A stretch of DNA of 64,000 nucleotides, taken from NCBI GenBank assembly GCA_035499655.1, contig DATJYL010000197.1, positions 25,255 to 89,254 of the forward strand, given 5' to 3'. This DNA is from Pirellulales bacterium. Its GTDB lineage: Bacteria; Planctomycetota; Planctomycetia; Pirellulales; JADZDJ01. Every line of letters starts with the position of its first letter. The first letter of the stretch is position 1. The translations under genes were made by a program, and so were the position numbers. This document shows positions 10,129-19,112 of this stretch, one piece after another. A model generated the notes under the pieces. It had not been told where the DNA came from. It did no database searches and was given only the letters and a program-made list of their open reading frames with translations.

Positions 10129-10758
10129 TTACGGCAAATGAAATAAGTGCGGCCAATTCGGCTGCGATCGCAATTGCACAATCAGAAGGCACACAATCGG
10201 CAGCCAAATCCAGCGTGCGGCTCGAATGCCTTCCGACAACAGCCCGCCCACGCGCACCTGCACGGTGTCCGCGCTGCGGAAACTGCCGGGCCGCGGAAAA
10301 AATCGCGGGACCCGTTGGCAGTATTCGTCGAATGCTTTGCCAAACCGGTTGCGCAGCCGGCGTTCTTCCACCGGCACGGTGGTCGACAAATATACCCAAC
10401 TGGCGAGCACCAACCCGATGGCAAACGTCAAGCTTTCCAAAAATACGGCGGCAGAAAGCACCATTAAAAACGTGCCCAGGTACAGCGGATTGCGGCACAG
10501 CGAATAGGGCCCTTCCTGAATCAGCTCCGCGGTTTTTCGGCCACCGATGTACAATGTGGACCACCAGCGAAATGCAGCGCCGGCAAAAAACAAGAGCCAC
10601 GCTGCCTGGTCGAACACAAAATCGACCCAACTGCCTTCCAGGGACAAGGGAATCGACAGTAACATCAGCACGCTGAAGGGGACCAAAATGACAATGCCAA
10701 TCCAGCCCCGTGATCGGGCAAACCACGTCTGAACGGGCGCCTCCACAGCGATGCTCAT
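10129..10758 (-). CDS. Isoprenylcysteine carboxyl / phospholipid methyltransferase-family membrane protein
   Basis: Multi-TM protein with the family C-terminal signature LCRNPLYLGTFLMVLSAAV...TTVPVEERRLRNRFGKAFDEYCQRVPRF. The ATG at 10758 (MSIAVEAP...) is preferred over the long upstream extension. Confidence 0.75.
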   Translation of the reverse strand: MSIAVEAPVQTWFARSRGWIGIVILVPFSVLMLLSIPLSLEGSWVDFVFDQAAWLLFFAGAAFRWWSTLYIGGRKTAELIQEGPYSLCRNPLYLGTFLMVLSAAVFLESLTFAIGLVLASWVYLSTTVPVEERRLRNRFGKAFDEYCQRVPRFFPRPGSFRSADTVQVRVGGLLSEGIRAARWIWLPIVCLLIVQLRSQPNWPHLFHLP

Positions 10759-11095
10759 AGAATTTTCTCTCGGCAGTAAAAAGGCGGGCATTCTCTGGGC
10801 AGCAAAAAAAGCGGGCGGAGAGTACCAGCGATGCCTGCTAGCGTCAATAGCGTCGCACCTAACCTCGGTAGTGCAGCACCAAACGCATTTACACACCGTT
10901 AATATCGACCCCGCTACAACAGGAAAACTAGGAAACGGGTCAAACTAAAATTTCCGCCCTTTCGAACGTGAAAGATTGCCTTCTGCCGCCGCAGTTCATT
11001 TGCTACACTTCCCGCCCCGCGCATGACGGCCGGCATGGCTGCCCACGACGTCGTGCTGCTAGCACTATTGGCAATCTGCGACAAGGAGGTCGCTT

Positions 11096-12742
11096 GTGTT
11101 GTCCCGGTGGCCCATCCGGAACAAGTTGTTGTTAGGCCTGACGCTGCTGTTGATCATCATGGTTACGATGTCGACCAGCAGCTTCCAGGGGACGTACGCC
11201 TACCGCGAATTGGCGCGCAGCATTAGCAGCCGCGCTCGCGAGTTGCCGTTGGCGACCGCATTGTCGGAGCAGGTGAGCAATTTGCGCGTCTGGCTGGCGG
11301 ATTTGGAGGTGATGGGGCTGTATCCCCACTTAGAGTTGCCGACTCCTGTATCAGAGTCAAAACTGAGCGACAGCTTTCGGCAGGAATTTTCCCAAGCGCA
11401 GGCGACGGTGCAAGATTACGACAGCGCGCTGAACGACAGCGCGCTGAAAGACAGCGCCCACTCGGAATTTCGCATCGGTAATCGCAGTCAGGAATTCGAA
11501 GCGCTGGCCCAGGTCAAGCGCCTTCTGGCCGACATCGAAAAAGACACGGCCGCCGATCACTGGTATCACGATGGCGACGCGTGCCAAACTCCTTATGTCA
11601 AGTCCGACCTGGAGCAATTGCAGTGGCTGGTCGCCAAGCTTCCCAGTTTCCTGCAGGAACGAATGCAAGCCCTGAAGGATGAAGTCCGCACGCGGTATCG
11701 CGCCTGGATCATCCTCACATGGATCTGCGCGGTGGCGGCAACGATCTTGCTGAGCCTGTTCATTTTTCTGTGCTACCGCTGGATTTTCCGCCCGCTACGG
11801 TTGCTGGTGAAAGGTTCTCGCATTGTCGCCGCCGGCGATTTCAATTATCGGATCCGGCTGGAATCGCACGACGAAATGGCGGAGCTAAGCGCCGCCATGA
11901 ACGACATGACCACCCGCTTCCGCACCATCCGCGACGATCTGGATCGTCAGGTTCAACTACGCACGCAGCAAGTGGTCCGCAGCGAGCAACTGGCCAGCGT
12001 CGGCTTCCTGGCGGCGGGCGTGGCGCACGAAATCAACAATCCGCTGGCTTCCATCGCGTTGTGTGCCGAGTCGCTGGAAGGGCGCCTGTTGGAAATGTGC
12101 CCCACCAGTAGCGATCAAGTTGAAGTCGTGCAGCGTTACCTCAAGATGATTCAGACCGAGGCCTTCCGCTGCAAGGAAATCACGGAAAAACTGCTCGACT
12201 TTTCCCGCCTGGGTCCGGCCAAGCGACAAAGCGCCGATTTGCGCGATTTGATCCAAGGCGTCATCGATATGGTGCGCCACCTAGGCAAATACCAAAACCG
12301 CAACATCGACTTTCCCGCCGGCGAGCCCGTCATCGCCCCGGTCAACGCTCAGGAAATCAAGCAAGTGGTGCTGAACCTTGTCACCAATGCGCTGGATAGC
12401 GTGGAAGCGGGCGGCACGCTGACCATTCAACTTTCGCGCAAACCCGATTTTGCGGAAATGATTTTCGCCGACAACGGCTGCGGCATGACCGACGAAGTGC
12501 TCAAGCACCTGTTCGAGCCCTTCTTCACCCGCAAGCGCGGCGGCCAAGGCACCGGCCTGGGCCTGTCGATCGTGTACCGGATTGTCAGCGAGCATGGCGG
12601 GCAAATCGAGGCCGCCAGCGCCGGTCCGGGCCGCGGTTCGCAATTCCACGTCACGTTGCCTCTGGCCGAAGCAAAAAAATCGCCCCTTGAAAATCAAGCG
12701 CACAGCGATCCAAGCCCAGCCAAACAACCCCTGGCCGCCTAA
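11096..12742 (+). CDS. Sensor histidine kinase (TM - HAMP - HisKA - HATPase_c)
   Basis: AAGGAGG lies 6 nt upstream of the GTG start. H-box SVGFLAAGVAHEINNPLASI, N-box LVTNALDS, G1 DNGCGM, G2 GTGLGLSI. A HAMP-like segment follows the second TM. Confidence 0.9.
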   Translation: MLSRWPIRNKLLLGLTLLLIIMVTMSTSSFQGTYAYRELARSISSRARELPLATALSEQVSNLRVWLADLEVMGLYPHLELPTPVSESKLSDSFRQEFSQAQATVQDYDSALNDSALKDSAHSEFRIGNRSQEFEALAQVKRLLADIEKDTAADHWYHDGDACQTPYVKSDLEQLQWLVAKLPSFLQERMQALKDEVRTRYRAWIILTWICAVAATILLSLFIFLCYRWIFRPLRLLVKGSRIVAAGDFNYRIRLESHDEMAELSAAMNDMTTRFRTIRDDLDRQVQLRTQQVVRSEQLASVGFLAAGVAHEINNPLASIALCAESLEGRLLEMCPTSSDQVEVVQRYLKMIQTEAFRCKEITEKLLDFSRLGPAKRQSADLRDLIQGVIDMVRHLGKYQNRNIDFPAGEPVIAPVNAQEIKQVVLNLVTNALDSVEAGGTLTIQLSRKPDFAEMIFADNGCGMTDEVLKHLFEPFFTRKRGGQGTGLGLSIVYRIVSEHGGQIEAASAGPGRGSQFHVTLPLAEAKKSPLENQAHSDPSPAKQPLAA

Positions 12743-12824
12743 GCGAACTACCCGCCACAAGACATCTGACATCAGATCACCAAGCACAAGGAGCCGCATC
12801 ATCGCTACCAAACCGCGTAAACGA

Positions 12825-14297
12825 TTGAAATTGCTGTTCGCCGACGATGAACGTACGCTCCAGGAACTGATGCGGATTGAGCTCGACCGCATGGGGCACG
12901 AGGTCACGGTCTGCCCCGACGGCCTGACCGCCGTCGCCGCGCTGGAACGCAACACCTACGATTGCATCATCGTCGATCTCGATATGCCCGGCCTCAGCGG
13001 CGTCCAAGTCATCGGCAAGTGCAAAGAGCTTTCGCCCGATACCGAAGCAGTCGTGCTCACCGGCAAATCGTCGCTGGAAACCGCCGTGGCTGCCTTGCGT
13101 CACGGGGCGTTCGATTACCTCACCAAGCCATGCAAGCTGGTGGAAATCGAAGCGCTGCTCAACCGCGTCATCCAAAAACGCGAGCTCACGCACAAATTCC
13201 GTGCCCTCAAGCGGCGGCTGGAAACGGTCGAAGGCACTTCGCAACTGATCGGCAACTCGCCGGAAATCGAGCGCGTGAAAAAACTGATTGCCAAAGTCGC
13301 GCCGACCGATTCCACGGTCCTCATCACCGGCGAAACCGGCACCGGCAAGGAACTGGTCGCCCGCGCCGTACACGATCAAAGTGCTCGGGCCGAAATGCCC
13401 TTTGTGGCCATCAACTGCGGGGCGTTGCCGGAAAGCCTGATCGAAAGCGAACTGTTCGGCCATCGCAAAGGGAGCTTTACCGGGGCCGACGAGCACCGGG
13501 TGGGCCTGTTCGAAGTTGCCGATGGCGGCACGCTGTTTCTGGACGAAATTGGCGAGCTTCCCAAACCGATGCAAGCCAAGCTGCTGCGTGTCCTGGAAAG
13601 CGGCGAAATCCGGCGGGTCGGCGAAAATCAATCGCTCACGGTCGACGTGCGTGTGGTGTGCGCCACCCATCGTCAACTGGACGAAATGGTTTCGGCAGGC
13701 GATTTCCGCCAGGACCTCATGTTCCGCGTCAACACTTTCGAAATTCATTTGGCCCCGCTGCGGGAGCGCATCGACGACGTGCCGCTGCTGGCGCAACATT
13801 TACTGAAGCGACTCCGCCCGCACCTGCGCTCCAGCGACGTGGCCTTCACGCCCGAGGCCATTGAGAAGCTGCAACACCACGATTGGCCCGGCAACGTGCG
13901 CGAGCTGGCCAACGTGGTGGAGCACGCTTCGATTTTGTGCGACGAGCTGCCGATCACCGGCGAACATCTGCCCGAACATTTCGGCCTCCGCCGCCTGCGG
14001 ATCGACGGTGCTCACGCCCAAAATTCCAGCCATGATTCGCTTCCTTTGCCCCATGTAGAGCCGCGCACTTCAGTAAGCGGTGCGACCACTCCACTCACCA
14101 CTCACCCTTCCACCACTCCACCACTCACTCCGGCCGCCGCTCCCATCTCGCTGCGCGACTTGGAAATGCAGGCCATTTACCAAGCACTGGAACGCAACGG
14201 CGGCAACAAACCCAAAACCGCCGAAGAACTTGGGATCAGTTTGAAAACGCTGTACAACAAGCTGAACCAAAGCCAAAATCTCGAACGTACGGCATAA
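12825..14297 (+). CDS. Sigma-54-dependent (NtrC-family) response regulator: REC - AAA+ - Fis-type HTH
   Basis: REC domain (KLLFADDE...[12 protein letters not shown]...KP). AAA+ domain with [30 protein letters not shown] (a GSFTGA variant of GAFTGA) and RVVCATH. C-terminal [25 protein letters not shown]. The start is uncertain: TTG 12825 gives MKLLFADDE, while an AAGGAG at 12788 sits 4-7 nt before in-frame ATC codons at 12798/12801. Confidence 0.9.
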   Translation: MKLLFADDERTLQELMRIELDRMGHEVTVCPDGLTAVAALERNTYDCIIVDLDMPGLSGVQVIGKCKELSPDTEAVVLTGKSSLETAVAALRHGAFDYLTKPCKLVEIEALLNRVIQKRELTHKFRALKRRLETVEGTSQLIGNSPEIERVKKLIAKVAPTDSTVLITGETGTGKELVARAVHDQSARAEMPFVAINCGALPESLIESELFGHRKGSFTGADEHRVGLFEVADGGTLFLDEIGELPKPMQAKLLRVLESGEIRRVGENQSLTVDVRVVCATHRQLDEMVSAGDFRQDLMFRVNTFEIHLAPLRERIDDVPLLAQHLLKRLRPHLRSSDVAFTPEAIEKLQHHDWPGNVRELANVVEHASILCDELPITGEHLPEHFGLRRLRIDGAHAQNSSHDSLPLPHVEPRTSVSGATTPLTTHPSTTPPLTPAAAPISLRDLEMQAIYQALERNGGNKPKTAEELGISLKTLYNKLNQSQNLERTA

Positions 14298-14604
14298 AAA
14301 CGTTTATCCGCAACACGCTATTGAAGCGGGCTTGGTTTCGACCCACCCCACCATGAACTAGCGTTTCACAGGTCCGTGTGCTATACTTCACTGATCGATC
14401 CTCTCGGTAAATCCATAGGATCATTCCAGGTTCAATGGTTCTTTGAATAACGCCTACAGGCGTTTATCGCATTAGGCCCTGGGAAGTTTTACAGGGCTCG
14501 TTTCATCACCTGCGGCCAAGGCCTGTCGTCTTGTGCCTCGTTTCGGCAGCCGCCCGTTTCTGGGTTCGCCGTGCAGGATCTTGATTCCGCCTCTAGGAGT
14601 TTGC

Positions 14605-15987
14605 ATGAGTTTTGTTGAATTGGGGCTCGTTGAGCCCATCTTGCGTGCGCTGGTTTCCGAAGGTTACACCACTCCCACCCCCATCCAATCGCAAACCATC
14701 ACGCACGTGCTGGCTGGCAGCGATGTCCTCGGTTGCGCCCAAACTGGCACCGGCAAAACCGCGGCCTTCGCGTTGCCCATTTTGCAACGCATCGACCAGC
14801 ACCGCCGCGCCGCCGTCCCTCGGGCTCCGCGCGTTGTCGTAATTGCTCCCACCCGCGAACTCGCTTCGCAAATCGGACAAAGTTTCGCCACTTATGGCCG
14901 CAACCTGCATTTTCGCCACACGGTAATCTTCGGCGGCGTCGGCCAAGGACCTCAAGTTCGAGCGCTCACTAAAGGTATTCATATTTTGGTCGCCACGCCG
15001 GGCCGACTGCTCGATTTAATGTCCCAGGGCCACGTCCGCCTGAACGAACTCGAAATTTTTGTGCTTGACGAAGCCGACCGCATGCTAGACATGGGCTTCC
15101 TCCCCGATTTGAAAAAAATCATTTCGCATTTGCCTCGCCAACGGCAATCGTTGTTCTTTTCCGCCACCATGCCGGAAAACATCGCGGCTCTGGCTCACAG
15201 CCTGCTGCATAATCCGGTGCGGGTTAGCGTGACGCCGCCGGCGACCACCGTTCAACGGATCGAACAGCAAGTGCACTTCGTGGAGCATCGCCACAAGCAG
15301 GCGCTCTTGCAGCACGTGGTTCGCGAAAACGGCTGCGATCGAGCATTGGTCTTCACACGCACCAAGCATGGAGCCGATAAAGTGGCCCGCAAACTTGGTC
15401 AGCAGGGCATCAAAGCCGATGCCATTCACGGCAACAAATCGCAATCGGCCCGGGAACGGGCACTGTTGGGTTTCCGCACCGGCAGGCTACACGTGCTGGT
15501 CGCGACCGACGTGGCCGCCCGTGGGCTCGATGTCGATGGCATCAGCCACGTCATCAACTACGATCTGCCGACCGATCCGGAATCGTACGTACACCGCATT
15601 GGCCGCACCGGCCGGGCCGGCGCCAGCGGCATCGCCATCACTTTTTGCGAACACGGCCAACGCCGCGCCCTGCGAGATATTGAAAAAGTTGTGCGAAAAA
15701 CCATTCCGGTCGCGCCCACCTCCGCGGCCATGCAGGCAGCAGCGATTGATCACCGTGCCGCCGGTTCCGAACCGCAAGGCAGACCGCCACGCCCTCGCTG
15801 GGAACGAGGCGGATCGCAAACTCGCCGAGGCCACGCCCGAGCGCGGACACACAACAACCACGGCCACGTTTCCCAAGGACAATCATCGCAGGGTCACGCT
15901 TCGCGCGGTCAGGCGTCCAACGGGCAGAGCAAATCGCTTTACGCCCGGCGTAAAAAACGTCCGGCTCACCGCCGTGCTTTGGCCTGA
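14605..15987 (+). CDS. DEAD-box ATP-dependent RNA helicase (RhlE-like) with basic low-complexity tail
   Basis: Q-motif TPTPIQ, motif I AQTGTGKT, PTRELA, DEAD (VLDEADRM), SAT, HRIGRTGRAG. AGGAG lies 5 nt before the ATG at 14605. The C-terminal tail is R/G/Q/S/H-rich. Confidence 0.9.
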   Translation: MSFVELGLVEPILRALVSEGYTTPTPIQSQTITHVLAGSDVLGCAQTGTGKTAAFALPILQRIDQHRRAAVPRAPRVVVIAPTRELASQIGQSFATYGRNLHFRHTVIFGGVGQGPQVRALTKGIHILVATPGRLLDLMSQGHVRLNELEIFVLDEADRMLDMGFLPDLKKIISHLPRQRQSLFFSATMPENIAALAHSLLHNPVRVSVTPPATTVQRIEQQVHFVEHRHKQALLQHVVRENGCDRALVFTRTKHGADKVARKLGQQGIKADAIHGNKSQSARERALLGFRTGRLHVLVATDVAARGLDVDGISHVINYDLPTDPESYVHRIGRTGRAGASGIAITFCEHGQRRALRDIEKVVRKTIPVAPTSAAMQAAAIDHRAAGSEPQGRPPRPRWERGGSQTRRGHARARTHNNHGHVSQGQSSQGHASRGQASNGQSKSLYARRKKRPAHRRALA

Positions 15988-16166
15988 TTGTACTCCCCCG
16001 GTGGCACAAAACCAAAACCCGGAACGGACCGCTCGAATTTTCTCCCTCTCCCTAGCAACCGAGTACGGTCGACCCAAGTCGACCGCACGCAGGGCGGTAG
16101 TTGCATTGAAATACGGGCCGGGGTGAGGGTGAATGGTTCAGAACTGAGTACCAATCTCTGACCGAA

Positions 16167-16372
16167 CTTTTGCACCTTAGTTTTGACCGATTGGTGCAAA
16201 AGATCGGATCCAAGCAGCATTTCTCTCGGGCTTTTTGCGAATTGCGGGCCGAGTTTTGTGCGCAAAACACGGGAACTCGATTTTGCGTGCAAAACACCGG
16301 GAGTTTTGCCCGCACGCAACTTCCCATTCCTCGGGAAATTGCGGGCCGTTTGAGTAACCGAGCGCACAAAAC
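16167..16372. repeat. Cluster of TTTTGC/GCAAAA-type palindromes in an ORF-free region
   Basis: The cluster contains a 10-bp inverted repeat, CTTTTGCACC(16167-16176)-N16-GGTGCAAAAG(16193-16202). Further sites are TTTTGTGCGCAAAAC (16254-16268), TTTTGCGTGCAAAAC (16281-16295), TTTTGCCCGCACGCAA (16304-16319) and GCGCACAAAAC (16362-16372). AATTGCGGGCCG is repeated at about 16240 and about 16337. Confidence 0.7.
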
Positions 16373-16549
16373 TCGACGCCTTAAGTTTTTCGAGGCGTGA
16401 TGTATCCCCGCTCTTGGCCAATTAAGTGACCAAGTGCTAAGACGTTGCGTCGTACGCATCGCTCAGTGCAAAATTCAACGCCGATTCGGCGCGCTTGTTG
16501 AGCGAATCCGCTTTCAACGCGTCACAGCGTACCGACATAGCTGCGTAAC

Positions 16550-16576
16550 GTTTAACCGCGACGCGCTAGCGGAGCG
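16550..16576. repeat. 27-nt element X, inverted copy on the left side of the island
   Basis: GTTTAACCGCGACGCGCTAGCGGAGCG is the reverse complement of 22080..22106 (26/27) and of 22168..22194. Confidence 0.8.
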
Positions 16577-16758
16577 GGTTCGGCCGCAAATCGGCAAACA
16601 GCGCAGCATTCAAGCTGGGAGTTCACCCATAAAACGGAATCAGGTTGCCAAAGACCCAGCCGCAGCAACCGCCCAACCTCCGACGATTGCCGCCTGCACA
16701 GCCCCAGCGCTGCGGCGCGCATTGTAATCAACGGGTGGCCCAATTTGTGTAGATCTAG

Positions 16759-18156
16759 TTAATTCTTAATGAAAGCACTTGAATCAACTTTTTGTCGAGG
16801 CCAAAAAGATTGCACTGACTGATATGAGATGTTGATCAGGCTTTCATCAGTGCTAGGAACCGCGCTGATCTCGGTTGGGGATTCCAAGCGAACGTCGACT
16901 GAGTCGTAGCGCTTTCCGCCATGCAAAATCCGAAGCGGCTCAGCAAGCACAATTGTGGCGGCGACTGCACCAACAAACGGAACCGCTGCACTAACACTAG
17001 CTAATTGCATGTGGCCGCAACCGTCGTGTGCGGCAACACTCCGATAAAAAACATTTTCTAAAATTGCTGATTCATCCATCGACGGACTTGCTGATGAGGG
17101 CCAAAATTTCGTTGCTGCTTTCTGACCATTTGGGAAACTGTGGATACTGATTGCATCAAAATTGTCAGACCTTCCTCCGAGTCCGGCTTCAGTCACAAAT
17201 TGAAAGCCAACTTGATCCAATGCTTCTCTCGGTCCCTTACCATCAAATCCACAAAGCCCAAGGCCTGGATCGCTGCCAACAACCTGGCACCCCTTTTGAA
17301 ATGGTCTTTCCAGAAGCTTAGGACTAAACCCACGTGCGCGCAACCAACGAAGTGCCACGCGCGATTTTAGCTTCCCGCGGTCACGCTTCCTGGAAATCGA
17401 TCCTGAATCCCAGTTACCAGTAACAAGCGTGTCATAGTCGTTGAGCAGCAGATTCATATCACTGGGGTCACTGTAAGGCAACAATCCAATACACCAGAGA
17501 TAGGCTTGACCGAGATGACCTAATCCCAGCAACCACGCCTCATTCGGAACAACCTCTAGCGGCATACCCACCGCATCCAGCGCATCCCACGACAGTTCAG
17601 GACGCCAAAGCGACATTCCAATTGTCCGCTTGGTCGCCTCAATGTTGACACGCGCAATCCGTAGAAAAAGTTCAGAAACTGCGAGAGCACCTGCGGCAAC
17701 GCCTGCAAGCGGATTATGTTCGCGCTCCAACAGCCGGACCTCTTCACCAGGACCAACTGCTGCAGCCCAACCATCAAAAGTAACGTGCAAACCATTGCAC
17801 ACATCGCGGCGACTTCCAAATACAATGCGGGACGTGTGTTCGGCTCGTGGAGGTTTGCGAACACCGATTCGCTTGAGCGCATCCGCAAAATTCACCGCGC
17901 TACCAAATGGAACGGCAAGCGGCATGTCTTGTCCGGGATTTGCTCCGTCGCAGACCACCATGCCAGGAAAACAACGCACTGCTGTATTCGCCGCCGTCAA
18001 TATGGCGGATTGCCATACGGCTGACCCCACAACCTCCTTCCCCCAGCACAACATGATCTGCGATTTCGATAAAATACTGGTAGCCTCCGCCGGACAAATG
18101 TTCAATTTTTCGATAAGAATCTTGTCTCGCCGCGAAAATGTATCTCGATCTAACAT
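16759..18156 (-). CDS. bilD: E1-like ubiquitin-activating (ThiF/MoeB-family adenylating) enzyme, BilD-like
   Basis: A Rossmann nucleotide-binding motif LLGLGHLGQAYLW lies ~210 aa into the protein. It is preceded by a degenerate Rossmann-like segment (IMLCWGKEVVGSAVWQSAILTAANTAV...VVCDG). The ThiF-like C-terminal helix is AVPFVGAVAATIVLAEPLRIL. It is the last gene of the Ubl-E2-JAB-E1 operon. The ATG at 18156, with AGGTG 6 nt upstream, is preferred to the GTG at 18228, which would overlap the JAB gene. Confidence 0.8.
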   Translation of the reverse strand: MLDRDTFSRRDKILIEKLNICPAEATSILSKSQIMLCWGKEVVGSAVWQSAILTAANTAVRCFPGMVVCDGANPGQDMPLAVPFGSAVNFADALKRIGVRKPPRAEHTSRIVFGSRRDVCNGLHVTFDGWAAAVGPGEEVRLLEREHNPLAGVAAGALAVSELFLRIARVNIEATKRTIGMSLWRPELSWDALDAVGMPLEVVPNEAWLLGLGHLGQAYLWCIGLLPYSDPSDMNLLLNDYDTLVTGNWDSGSISRKRDRGKLKSRVALRWLRARGFSPKLLERPFQKGCQVVGSDPGLGLCGFDGKGPREALDQVGFQFVTEAGLGGRSDNFDAISIHSFPNGQKAATKFWPSSASPSMDESAILENVFYRSVAAHDGCGHMQLASVSAAVPFVGAVAATIVLAEPLRILHGGKRYDSVDVRLESPTEISAVPSTDESLINISYQSVQSFWPRQKVDSSAFIKN

Positions 18157-18167
18157 TGCGCGCACCT

Positions 18168-18650
18168 TTACCAAAGGCTTAAATGGATCCGCTGACGACG
18201 ATGTTCTAATTTTGTCCAGTCCGTCCACTGAAGGTTACCGCGATATTCAAAAAACCCAACGCCGCGCAAGCTCAAGCACCAATTCATTGCATAATTGGGC
18301 AGAATGATCGCCATGTGCGACACCTCACCGATCATTGGATTTTGTCGATCGCTATTGCTTTGCAGTGCAATTCCCGGATGCGTGTGAACATCTGCTAATA
18401 CTCTCGCATTTCTTTCGCGGCATACCTTCCAGAGGTTGGAAAAGCCATCGCTAGCAAAGGTAATAATCCCTGTATCAAGCGCGTGGGAATTTAACTCGTT
18501 GTAGAGAACAAACGATGTCACTTTGTCGGCCCATTCACCCCGCACGCCTAGCAAGAACGCGCCACTTTCATGGATACCACGTCCGGCCTTACGAAGGCAG
18601 CGTACCAATCGAAACCATACAAAAACTGGAATCTCTAAGTTGCGGTCCAT
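18168..18650 (-). CDS. bilC: JAB/MPN (JAMM) metallopeptidase, deubiquitinase-like, BilC-like
   Basis: JAMM signature: Glu in IHESGAFLLG, then VHTHPGIALQSNSD (HxH...SxxD). 160 aa. Its ATG directly abuts the stop of the upstream E2-like gene (TAAATG). Confidence 0.85.
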   Translation of the reverse strand: MDRNLEIPVFVWFRLVRCLRKAGRGIHESGAFLLGVRGEWADKVTSFVLYNELNSHALDTGIITFASDGFSNLWKVCRERNARVLADVHTHPGIALQSNSDRQNPMIGEVSHMAIILPNYAMNWCLSLRGVGFFEYRGNLQWTDWTKLEHRRQRIHLSLW

Positions 18651-19100
18651 TTAGTTCAACAGTAAATGAAGTTCTTCTAGCAGGTCGACTATCGAATGAT
18701 TTCGATCCCATACCAGTCGTTGCAGTTCTGTCTTCCATTGACCATGCGAGTTCGCTGCTACGCGATCGTAAGGATGGTACAGCGAAGTCGGGTTTACAAA
18801 GACTTTTTCCCCGCGCCCGGCGATCTGCGGCCGCTTGTCCATGCTCAGCCAGTTTTTGGTTTCGGGATCCCAAAGATTCCCGGTTAATGCGTCGATCGGA
18901 TATTTTTCACAATTCCACTTAAAGTAATATTTCGGAGCCAATCCATTTCCGTTGGCCGTAACCCAAAGCACTATATCTGGCCAAATCAGGTCCGGCGGGA
19001 GCAGCGATGGTTCGCATACTCCCCACCGGCCCTCGTTTGAGCCAATCATGAACCGCGCGGACTTTAGGTCGGCGCGCATTGCGCGTTCATCAGGCGTCAT
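18651..19100 (-). CDS. bilB: E2-like (UBC-fold) ubiquitin-conjugating-type protein, BilB-like
   Basis: 149 aa, with size and operon position of an E2 between the Ubl and JAB genes. There is a UBC-like YYFKWNCEKYP segment and a later LYHPYD. Only two Cys are present (GVCEPS, WNCEKYP). The fold assignment is inferred, not demonstrated. Confidence 0.55.
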   Translation of the reverse strand: MTPDERAMRADLKSARFMIGSNEGRWGVCEPSLLPPDLIWPDIVLWVTANGNGLAPKYYFKWNCEKYPIDALTGNLWDPETKNWLSMDKRPQIAGRGEKVFVNPTSLYHPYDRVAANSHGQWKTELQRLVWDRNHSIVDLLEELHLLLN

Positions 19101-19112
19101 AAGGTCCTCGCT

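Noticed and set aside
10028-10896. Long upstream extension of the methyltransferase ORF (to 10896) and overlapping 232-aa and 187-aa ORFs
   Set aside because: The extension (MCKCVWCCTTEV...) is Cys/Arg-rich and precedes a good internal ATG (10758) that begins the first TM helix. The overlapping ORFs are alternate-frame shadows.
12962-13864. 300-aa Arg-rich plus-strand ORF, and a 340-aa minus-strand ORF at 12777..13799
   Set aside because: They are an alternative frame and the antisense strand of the NtrC-type regulator. Their composition is extremely R/A/G/P-biased, and the AAA+ motifs appear only in the annotated frame.
14449-14464. Small hairpin AACGCCT-ac-AGGCGTT in the ~300-nt helicase leader
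   Set aside because: The loop is too tight, no U-tract follows, and it occurs only once. There is not enough evidence to call a regulatory element.
15368-16459. ORFs 15368..16126 (+), 15966..16421 (-), 16052..16459 (-) and 16170..16400 (+) spanning the helicase tail and the ORF-free region
   Set aside because: Their translations are R/P/S/T-rich and unstructured. They overlap each other and the helicase. The region is instead full of short DNA palindromes and repeats.
16434-16743. 97-aa (+) and 63-aa (-) ORFs just left of the E1 gene; considered as a possible fifth operon gene or an integrase remnant
   Set aside because: They have no coding-like composition or motif. The region contains the X repeat element, and no similarity to recombinase motifs was recognised by eye.
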